Source: Squalus acanthias
Taxonomy: Eukaryota
Length of the DNA stretch: 64,000 nucleotides
Reading direction: 5' to 3'
NCBI GenBank assembly: GCA_030390025.1
Contig: CM059450.1
Span: forward strand, 16,740,001 to 16,804,000
Part shown: positions 27,346 through 37,800 of the stretch, in pieces
Numbering within the stretch: the stretch's first letter is position 1
Layout of the letters: each line of letters starts with the position of its first letter
The notes under the pieces: model-generated
Told to the model about the DNA's origin: nothing
Databases searched by the model: none
What the model saw: only the letters and a program-made list of their open reading frames with translations
Position numbers and translations under genes: made by a program

Positions 27346-27810
27346 GTCCATCTTGATTTGGTCAGATGTACGAGAAGCAATCCCGCTGACAGAATCTGAA
27401 CATTGAGGTCCCCCCCCGCTCCCACCACCATAATCATGAAGAACATGTACTTAATGCCCAAAGTATCAATATGATTTGTTTTATTTTACACAGAACACAA
27501 TCTATTGTACAGGTCTAACCGAATTGCACAGTTGTACATCCTATAATATGAAACTAATCAAGAATAAGATTAGCCAAAATATGTTTCTGAACTTTCTAAA
27601 AAAAAATATATAGATTAAAAATTCCTGGGTTTGCTTAAGTAATTAACTTTACAAACTTCCTCAAATGATCCTTCCTAAATGAAATTAAAATGGAGCGCTC
27701 ACTCTTCCCACATCTTTGTTTGTTTATATTTTCTAACCAACTATTTTTTTTCTGCGTTCTTTCATTTTCTTCGCAACTGAAGGTGTTGCCTCTTGCTGGG
27801 TGAAGGGACT

Positions 27811-27909
27811 GGGGTAGATTTTCAACTCTGCACCCGGGGATGAAGCTGAAATTGCAGATTGGCCACCCGCCATCCAGCCCACTCGGGTGGCAAGCTAAGA
27901 ATCAACCCC
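27811..27909. mobile_element. 99-bp mini-MITE
   Basis: TIRs ggggtagatttt / agaatcaacccc, TSD ACT. Confidence 0.6.
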
Positions 27910-28736
27910 ACTGCCTCTTGCTGGGTACCAGATACAGCCAACCAGGCCCTCAACCAAATGGCCGTGTGGCATGCGTGAGGTGAAACAGCGGATTCTCAAA
28001 GGCTATCTGACTGTTGGGGATCGTTCAGGCCAAGTCTAGTTCTCTTATTGATATCGGTATGCATGCAGCTTCCAGCGACTGGACAGCAATCAGGAGTGGG
28101 AACTGTTGGCTGATTTCCCACTCGAACACTGGGACCAGTCCTTGTGCTGCCTGAGCCCCATCCGCACAGGCGGGGGATTGAACCGGGAAACCTTGCTGGC
28201 CTGAATGCACCAGTTCACATTGAGCACCTAGCAACCGAGCTATCAGGGGATCGGCAGCATTTTCTGTGGTAGCTTAATTATTATAAAAATAATTTTCCAT
28301 TTCCTCAAATCCATGATAAGTAACAATTTCTTCTAAAATACAGGACAAGTCGACACAGCTTGAAGACAATGCAGGTATATTTTCCTCCACTCAGTTTAAA
28401 TTCCTACTGGCCTTCCTGTGAGCAAAAGTTGGTTGAATTTAAAGCAGGAAACCTCACATTAGCTTACGGAGGTAGCCTTTCCTGGCAGTCCTTTATCCAG
28501 TGAGCCAGTCAGGAATGTCAGTCAAGGAACCGGAAAGCTTAAACTTTACGCACAAGCAAAAGACACTTTCCAAACCAGTAACTCACGCCCTGCCGCTCAG
28601 CATCATTCTAACCTCGGCCAAGACAATGTTAAGACTTTTGAAAAAGGCAGTAATATTGGTGGAATGCTTTCGTCGTGTTCTGTCTTCAGTCGCTTGGATT
28701 GCTCTTCAATGCGGAACTGGTCGGTGATGAGCATTC

Positions 28737-28853
28737 TTACAGGGCATCCTGCCTGACTTCCGCATACACCATTTCACGCTCTGCTCTTCGTTTTGGATTC
28801 ACTGTTGGAGCTAAATTCACGGAGGCATAATGGATCTCCTCCTCTGGACGATT
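28737..28853 (-). CDS. NITR-like receptor exon 5: cytoplasmic tail with ITIM IHYASV and ITIM-like MVYAEV, then stop
   Basis: Acceptor cttctgcctccgactag|, phase 0; NRPEEEIHYASVNLAPTVNPKRRAEREMVYAEVRQDAL*. Confidence 0.85.
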   Translation of the reverse strand, partial: NRPEEEIHYASVNLAPTVNPKRRAEREMVYAEVRQDAL

Positions 28854-31800
28854 CTAGTCGGAGGCAGAAGAGCATCATTTACTTAACACGTGAGAAATAG
28901 GAAGCTAGGGAAAGCGGGCATAGGGGCCAGAGTTTCCCCCTTTGGTGCTTGTTGGCCTGTGATTCTCCTCTCTTTAAAACGGAACTGGCAGCAAAACACG
29001 GGCCGCCGAGCACAGAAGAGGGAAAATGCTGGACAGACTGTTTCTGTCTTTAAATATAAAATTGTTGTTTAACTTTTTGTATTTTAAACAAGAAAGTTGG
29101 ATGAGACGTTAACCCGAGGCCCTGTCTGCCCGCTCAGGTAGACGTAAAAGATCTCGTGGCCACTATTTCGAAGAAGAGCAGGGGAGTTATCCCGGTGTCC
29201 TGGACCAATATTTATCCCTCAACCAACATCACTAAAACAGATTATCTGGTCATTGTCACATTGCTGTTTGTGGGAGCTAGCTGTGCGCAAACTGGCTGCC
29301 GCGTTTCCTACATTACAACAGTGACTACACTTCAAAAAGTACTTAAGTGGCTGGAAAGCTCTTTGGGATGTCTGGTGGTCGTGAAAGGCGCTATATAAAT
29401 GCAAGTCTTTTTATTTTAGTTGCATATTAAAACAAAGACTTCTGAGTAGCTTTATTACTGCAATGTCAGGTTGTACAAATTGAACACTTTAAAAACTGGC
29501 TTACCCCGCTCCCCCCAGGGCGACAGTTGTTTCTCTGGACCGACTAGCAATCTACAATGTTAATACCTCCAACCATTCCTTCCTCTCCTCTCCTCTCATG
29601 GTTAAAGCTAGAAATTCTGAGCGAGTAAAGCCTGCAGACCTTGTATAATTGAACAGTTTAGCATGGCGTTAAATTAGATTTTTGCCTGGGTTGGTTGACG
29701 TGTCAATGTGATAAGATGCTATGTAAATGCAGACTGTTCATAGAAATTTATGGCAAGAAGGAGGCCATTCGGCCCAACGTGTCCACGTGCCTATTCTGGG
29801 CACCACACTTTAGGAAGGACATCAAGGCCTTAGAGAGAACTACTAGTAGAAGAGATTTACTAGAATGGTACCAGGGATGAAAGACTTCAGTTATGAGGAG
29901 AGACTAGAGAAACTGGGGTTCATAGAATCATAGAAATTTACGGCACAGAAGGAAGCCATTCGGCCCATCGTGTCTGTGTTGGCCGAAAAAGAGCTCTCCC
30001 AGCCTAATCCCACTTTCCAGCTCTTGGGCCGTAGCCCTGTAGGTTACAGCGTTTGAAGTGCATATCCAAGTACTTTTTAAATGTGATGAGGGTTTCTGCC
30101 TCTACCACCCTTTCAAGCAGTGAGTTCCAGACCCCCTCCACCCTCTGGGTGAAAAAGTTCTCCAACTCCCCTCTAATCCTTCTACCACTTACTTTAAATC
30201 TATACCCCCTGGTTATTGACCTCTCTGCTAAGGGAAATAGGTCCTTTCTATCTAGGCCCCTCATAATTTTATACATGATGTGGAGATGCCGGTGTTGGAC
30301 TGGGGTGGACAAATGTGAGAAGTCGCACAACACCAGGTTATAGTCCAACAGCTTTATTTGAAATCACAAGCTTTCGGAGCACTGCTCCTTCGTCAGGTGA
30401 AGTGAAGAGATGCATATAGGCACAGCATATATTGCCGTGATTATCTCTCTACCGAGGTGTGATAAAGGGCAGGTGGCAAGATTAACTGTAGTCATCTGGC
30501 AGTGTTCTCTGACTATATATGCTGTGCCTATATGCATCTCTTCACTTCACCTGACGAAGGAGCAGCGCTCCGAAAGCTTGTGATTTCAAATAAAGCTGTT
30601 GGACTATAACCTGGTGTTGTGTGACTTCTCACATAATTTTATACACCTCAATTAAGTCTCCCCTCAGCCTCCTCTGCTCCAAAGAAAACAACCCCAGCCG
30701 ATCCAATCTTTCCTCATAGCTAAAACTCCCCAGCCCTGGCAACATCCTGGTAAATCTCCTCTCTACCCTCTCTCATGTTGTTGCAATTAGTTCTTCCTTA
30801 CCTCTCTGCGGGTTGCACTTCCAAATGTTGACACCTGCTCGCCAATCAATGTGAGAGCCCAACCTGATGGATTGAAATAAGGAGTATTTGTAAGAGGGGG
30901 AATGGGATTATCAGAAACCAACAACTCAACTAGACCTCAACACAAAAGCAACATACTGCGGATGCTGGAGATCTGAAATAAAAACAGAAAATGCAAGAAA
31001 CACTCAGCAGGTCAGGCAGCAATCTGTGGAGAGAGAAACAGAGTTAACGTTTCAGGTCGATGAGCTTTTGTCAGAACTGGAAGATGTTCGAGATGAACAA
31101 CTTTTAAGCAAGTACAGAGCCAGGTTTGGGCGATGGGAGTAGGGAAAGAGCAAAATAGAGAGGTGTGTGATTGGGTAGAGTCGGGAGTGATTAGATGACA
31201 AAGGTGATGATGGTGCGAGGTAAAAGGAGGTGATAATGAGACAAGTATAGAAACAAAAGATGGATCTGGAGGTGGTGTAAACAGTTACAGCAGAATAGTA
31301 GCTAGATCGCACTTGTTGTACTATGAGGCTCGCCACTTATTATTCTAGATGGTACACACAGTACTATAGAGTGGGTGACAGCAGTATTACTGTGGCTCGG
31401 TGGGTAGTACCCGCACCTTGGAGTCAGAAGGTTGTGGGTTCAAGTCCCACTCCAGAGACTTGAGCACAAAAATCCAGCCTGACACTCCAGTGCAATACTG
31501 AGGGAGCGCTGCACTGTCGGAGCTGCCGTCTTTTGGATGAGACGTTAAACCGAGGCCCCGTCTGCTCTCTCAGGTGGATGTAAATTGATCCTATGGCACT
31601 ATTTCGAAGAAGAGCAGGGGAGTTATCCCCGGTGTCCCGGACCAATATTTATCCCTCAACATCACTAAAAAAAAAACATGATCTGGTCATTATCACATTG
31701 CTGTTTGTGGGAGCTTGCTGTGCGCAGATTGGCTGCCGCGTTTCCTACATTACAACAGTGACTCCACTTCAAAAAATACTCCACTGGCTGTAAAGGGCTT

Positions 31801-34800
31801 TGGGACGTGCGGTGGTCATGAAAGGCGCGATAGAAATGCAAGTCTGTCTGTTTTATTACTGATTATTAGTCAAGTATTTAGTGACATTAAACGGATTCTG
31901 TATTCAGAAATATTAAGGGACACTGAAATAGGATGGTGCAGGTTAGGTCAAGTGAAACATTAAATGTGTAACCACAAAGAATGTTAATATTTAGGAACCG
32001 ACAGCTTCAAAACTTCTTCCAGTCACTAATAAGCGGAGATAAAGATCCATTCTTTCTGCAGTGCAATAGTAGTCATTTACTGTTTAAAAAAATGACTTTC
32101 ATACACTTCAATGGGCTAACGCGGCCATCTGTTATTTCCTATCACCTCACACCAACTCTGCTCTAATCAAAAAGTGCAGCATTCCTTATTAAATAACAAC
32201 AACAACAACTTGTATTTATATAGCGCCTTTAACGTAGTAATACGTCCCAAGGCGCTTCACAGGAGTGTTAATCAAAAAGAATTTGACACCTCGCCACATA
32301 AGGAGAAATTAGGGCAGGTGACCAAAAGCTTGGTCAAAGAGGTAGGTTTTAAGGAGCATCTTAAAGGAGGAAAGAGAGGTAGAGAAGTTTAGGGAGGGAA
32401 TTCCAGAGCCTAGGGCCCGGGTGGCTGAAGGCACGGCCGCCAATGGTGGAGCGATTAAAATCAGGGATGCTCAAGAGGCCAGAATTAGAGGAGCGCAGAG
32501 ATCTCGGGGGGGGGGGGGGGGGGGTTGTGGGGTTGAAGCAGTATCAAAGGAGTATGTAAACAATGCCTTTTTAAAGACATACACAATGGGCTGGATTTTG
32601 ATACGGGGCGGGTTGGGGTCGTGTTATCCACTTTTCGTGTTATCCACCCGACTACAATTGGATGTGGGAGATTGATGCGATTTTCACCTAATTGGCCAAT
32701 TGAGTTCCAGCATGTGGGAACCCATGAACCAATTAGTGTTTTCAGTCTGAAAGTCGCCTCTGATGATGTCATCATTGCTGCTGCATTGAAGGTCTGCAAA
32801 GACTGCCTGGCCTTTGCTGTGAGAGGACCTGGATGCAAAATGAGCAGCAGCCCTAAGTCTGCTACCAGATATTTTTGCTCCACCACTCCCAGATATGTCT
32901 CCCTTGCTCCACCACTCCCAGATATGTCTCCCTTGCTCCACCACTCCCAGATATGTCTCCCATTTACCACCACTCCCAGATCAATCAATCAATCAATCAG
33001 CCAGCCAGCGAGCGAGCCAACCAACCAAATGTTCAGAACAGGCGTGCTTCACGTAGAAAAAGGGTTAAAATCACAAAGGCCTTTCAAAATGGCATTATAG
33101 AGACAATTTAGTGCTTGTTAAGGGCCTTAACAGAGCGGGATGGAGTCGGGACCAGCAGACACGATTTAATGAAAATTGCGTGGAGGCGGGATGGAGGCGG
33201 GCTTGTGCCCGCCCACCAGTTTTCGCAATTTTAACCCCCCACATGCCTCCAAACCCGCCTCCACGGGTCAATGAAAATCCAGCCCAATGACTTTGGGGTC
33301 ATTCCTCTCTCTATTACCCACTGTGATGAAGCACATGGAATACGTCACTGCCCAAGAGACTCAAGATGACAGAAACTCAGTCGGGATCTGAAAGAGAAAG
33401 TTATGGTGCGGGTTTGATGTGACAGGGCAAGGGTCTACCAAGAAGCTGGCAAGATGAGTCGAATGGGCTTCTTCTGTGCTGTATGCTACTGTGAAGGGTC
33501 CGGTGGGACAGGGCAAGGGGTCCGGTGGGACAGGGCAAGGGGTCCGGTGGATGATCTCTGCCAGAAACCTTACCCTGTTGGACCTGCCGTGCAATTCCAG
33601 CAATTTATGTTTATTTAAAATGTTACAACAGCTGTGCCCAGTATTCTCAGCCATGTACATAGTACAGAGGCCGACACTGTTAACTTTAAAATACAAAAAC
33701 CTATAATAATAGATTTGCATAGAGAACGTTCAAACAGATGCAGCCCTCTATAAAATGACACGACCAAATACAGTTACATAAAATCAGCAGAGGTATAGAA
33801 ACATAGAAACTAGGAGCAGGAGTAGGCCATTCGGCCCGTCGAGCCTGCTCCACCATTCAATACGATCATGGCTGATCATCCAAATCCAGTACCCTGTCCC
33901 TGCTTTCTCACACAGAATCCCCATCGAGCCTGCACCGACACATATCCCACCCTATCCCCGTAACCCCACGTATTTAATTCCCCCTAACATATCCCATCCT
34001 ATCCCTGTAACCCCACATATTTAATCCCCCCCTAACACTAAGGGTCAATTTATCATTGTAAGGCTGAACCTCTCCCCCCAACCCTTGAGGCGGGGGCTCA
34101 TCTTGTAGAAGTGGGAGCGATGCCCAGCTGATTTTATCTGGTGGTCCTCGTTTAAATGAAGCGAGGCTGACCCCCGCCTGCACCTGGCGGGAACTGCCCT
34201 TACTGACAAGGCAGACTCATCAGCTGCTCCACAAAACACTCTTCAGACACAAGTACCGGAAGTGATGAAAGTTTTAGCGTGCACCCAAACACATGCCATT
34301 TGCATCAAGTCATTAACCGCCCAAGCGTCAACCCATAGTGACTTTTTTCTTTAAACCGCTTTATTCACTTTGCTGCTTCTACGAGATGATCCCCCATTTG
34401 CATCAAGTCATTAACCGCCCAAGCGTCAACCCATAGTGACTTTTTTCTTTAAACAGCTTTACTCACTTTGCTACTTCTGCGAGACGATCCCCCGGTGACG
34501 GCAGCAAAGCTGGTGTTGGTAGGCTGGTGCGGCTGATCTTGCGACCCTGGCGATGCTTGCGGCCGGTGACCTCTGGGAGCGCGAGCCCGCGAGGGCACGG
34601 CTACAGACGGGGGCGTCTTGGCTGTGGCCGGGGCGGTCTGGCTCCTAGGCACCATGGCGGGTAGTGGCTGAGAGGGTGGCGAGAGAGCGAACACGCCGTG
34701 AGAGAGGACAACGCCCGCCTGTCCCGTGGCGCTCCCGTTGCTCCCGCGGGGCTTCAGCTCCTCGCTCCCACTGACCGGAGGGAGAGCAGACTGCAGCAGA

Positions 34801-37800
34801 TGGGTGACCCTTTCAAAGCCCTTGTCCACGTGGTCCACCAGACTATCCATCTGGCACACCAGTCTCTCCAAGGAGGAGCAAACGTTGGAGCCCAGAGACT
34901 GGATGGCAGCCGTCTGAGTTTTCATCAAAGCTTCAATGGTTGGGGAGACGGATTCCTGCTGAGAGGGCTCGTTTGCAGCATCCCTGGAGGTGGTTGCACT
35001 TTCCAGGGTAGACTGCAAAGTGGAAATGACGTGAGACACAACTCCACACATGGCGGAAGTGGACTCCTCCATACTTTCGGACATGGTGCTTAAAGTCTTT
35101 GGCAGGCCCTCCAACACATCGTACAGTCGATGGTGAGCCTCAAGCATTTTCCTTTTCATAGCCGGATCCCGGAAATCCGCATCTCGGTCCCACTCAGCAG
35201 AGCTAGAGGAAGACATCGCCCTCCGGCGGGTCACCTCCTGCCCTGTCCCTGCCACCTGTACCTGCTCCTGCTCTTGCTCTTGCTCCTGTTCTTGCTCCTG
35301 CTCTTGCTCTGGCTCTGGCTCTTGCTCTGGCTCCTGCCCATGCAGGCTGAGTGTTTCAGCAGGTGCGGGCCCCTCTAATTCACTCTCTGTCCCATCCGGG
35401 GTGGGAACCTCCGAGCTGCTGCTTTGGAGGGATGCAGTGACTGACTCTGCTCTCTTCGGAGGGATGTCCTCCTCCGAGGTGTCTGGTTTAATAGCTTTTT
35501 GAGGAGGTGGTGGTTGGGGCGGAGACGGAACTGCAGGGGGGGGGAAAAAAAAAGGAAAAGAATTAGGTTTGCAATGAAAGCTGAGGTTTTGAAGTTGGCT
35601 GCAATTGGTTGTGGAGCATGAAAAGGTACAACAAAGAGCAGTCACCTTGCTTGGAGAAGCCACCAGCCTCGCCATCTCCAATGGAGAGTGCTCTGGATGT
35701 CCCACTTATTTCCATAGCCGCCTGCTCCACCTGGGTGAGAGCCACGGTGTCAGCTGTTCCTCCACCAATCTTACTTCTCATGTTGTGCGCTGCCTTCTCC
35801 TGCAGAACGAGAAAGAGAGAGAAAGAGAGACATCAGTGGCGACTGAGAAGGCAGATGGCCCAGGTGTAGGGATTCTGCAAGTGCATCACCCGAGAGAGGA
35901 AAGAAGCAAATGGCGAGAGAATGGGAATGTCACGAGTAGGAAGTAAGTGGCTTGATTGTGAATGGAGGAAGGAGACACGAGGAGCGGGGCAGGTTCAGGA
36001 ACCGACTACAGGTTTGACTGAGCTTTTCAGGATTGTGAGAAGAATTGATCGGGTAGAGAATTTTTTTTATACTGCTGGTGGGGGGAGTCTAAGACACAGG
36101 GACATAACCTAAAAATCAGAGCCAGGCCATTCAGGAGAGAAATTAGGAAAGACTACTTCACGAAAGACTTCCTCTTTCGGATTAGACGTTAAACCGAGGC
36201 CCCATCTGCCCTCTTCGGTGGACGTATAGGATATCATGGCACTATTTCGAAGAAGAGCAGGGGTGTTCTTCCCTGGTGTCCTGGCCAATATTTATCCTTC
36301 AATCAACATCACTAAAAGCAGATTATTTGGCCATCATCACATTGCTGTTTGTGGGAGCTTGCTGTGCGTAAAGCGCTTTGGGACTTCCTGAGGTCGAGAA
36401 AGGCCCTATATAAATGCAAGTCTTTCTTTCTAAGGGTGGTAGAAGTGCGTAACTCTCTCCCCAAAAACCAGTAGATGCTAGCTCAATTAATAATTTTAAA
36501 TCTGAGATCGATAGATCTCTGCTAGCCGAGGGGATTCAGGGATATTGAGCATTAAGGGATATTAAGTTGGATGGAGTTAAGATACAGATCAGCCATGATC
36601 TCATTGAATGGCGGAACAGGCTCGAGGGGCTGAATGGCCTGTTCTTATGAATCATGGAATGGTTGCAGCACAGAAGGAGGCCATTGGGCCCGTCGAGCCC
36701 GTGCCGGCTCTCTGCCAGAGCACTTCAGCTAGTCCCACTACCCCCGCCCTTTCCCCGTAGCCCTGCAAGTTTATTTCCTTCAGGTACTTATCCAACTCCC
36801 CTTTGAAAGCCACGATCGAACGGGCCTCCGATCAGGCAGTGCGTTCCAGATCCTAACCACCCGCTGCGTAAAAAAAAAAGTTTTCCCCCTTTGGTTCTTG
36901 GTGAGAAAAAGCATGTTTGTAAGGGAACAAGCAGGAGGTGAGTGTGTGTCAGGAGTGTGTGGTTCAGTGTGCCCTTGTGATTGCTGGTGAGGGTTGTGAT
37001 GGGGTGGGTGGGAGGGGGGGTTAGTGACTGGTCTGCCTGCTGTAGGATGGAGAGGTGTTGAGGGAGGGGGGGGGGGGGTGAAGAATGTGATCAGTTGCAA
37101 TGCAACAGATGAAAAGGAGAGAGACTTGCATTTGCAGGGAGGGGGGGGCGGACAGGAGAAGCTTCACTCACCCTGGCGGATCTAGTGAGATCGTTGAATC
37201 TCTTCCTGCACTGGATCCAGGTCCTGGGGGTGACACTCAGCCGACTGACTTCCTCTGCCACTTCCACCCAGGCTTTCTTTGAGAGGCTGCTGTGCACCTT
37301 CTTGCCACTGGCTGGAAAAAGCATTTTCCCCCTGGTTCTGACGGCAGCCACCATCACCTCCAGGGAGGTGTCTGAGAACCTGCGGGCAACTTTGCCCCTC
37401 CTCGCAGCCATGCCGGGGGCGGCCGGGGGAAACCGAAACAAGATTGAGGATTCGGTACAATGCAAAAACGCCTCCTTTAAGCGCTGCATGCACCCTTTAA
37501 ATATGCTGCTCGGTGGGGGTGAACTACCGCCGGAAATTGCGCGGAAAAGTGGGCGGGCGGAATGTGGAGGCGCTGGATCCGCCAATCACATCAGAATCGG
37601 AGCGGGGTCGGTGCTGCAAATCCGGTAGTTAAAATCCACCGGCTGTTTGCTCCGAATGCATCTTCCGGCAGCGAGCCCGCCCCGGGTTAAAATCGGACCC
37701 GCACCCCGCCCGCTAGCCGCCAGCCCCCCGTCTGGCCAGTTGCAAACTGCGGGGGGAGAAAGGGGTCCGTAATCCCCCGGCACAGAGGTTCCTCTCTCGC

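Larger units (their letters stand above)
30276..30631. mobile_element. Penelope-like inverted terminal-repeat insertion with two opposed hammerhead motifs
   Basis: TSD cataattttataca (30262-30275, 30632-30645); arms 30315-30432 and 30515-30632 are reverse complements. Confidence 0.85.
29920..30775 (-). mobile_element. CR1 3' fragment interrupted by a Penelope-like foldback
   Basis: MYKIMRGLDRKDLFP..FFTQRVEGVWNSL. Confidence 0.75.

Noticed and set aside
29505-29551. Alternative cytoplasmic exon with a GTAAGC donor
   Set aside because: The phase-bridging acceptor yields GAT TGC TAG (stop); 30863-30802 fits cleanly
32621-33100. 159-aa ORF with a near-duplicate at 56230
   Set aside because: Both lie inside the same MITE family, have no domain similarity and lack a true ATG context
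33387-33700. Splice-like sites in receptor intron 3
   Set aside because: Frames entered in phase 1 stop quickly; the adjacent 22-bp G-rich repeat (33498-33550) is a simple minisatellite
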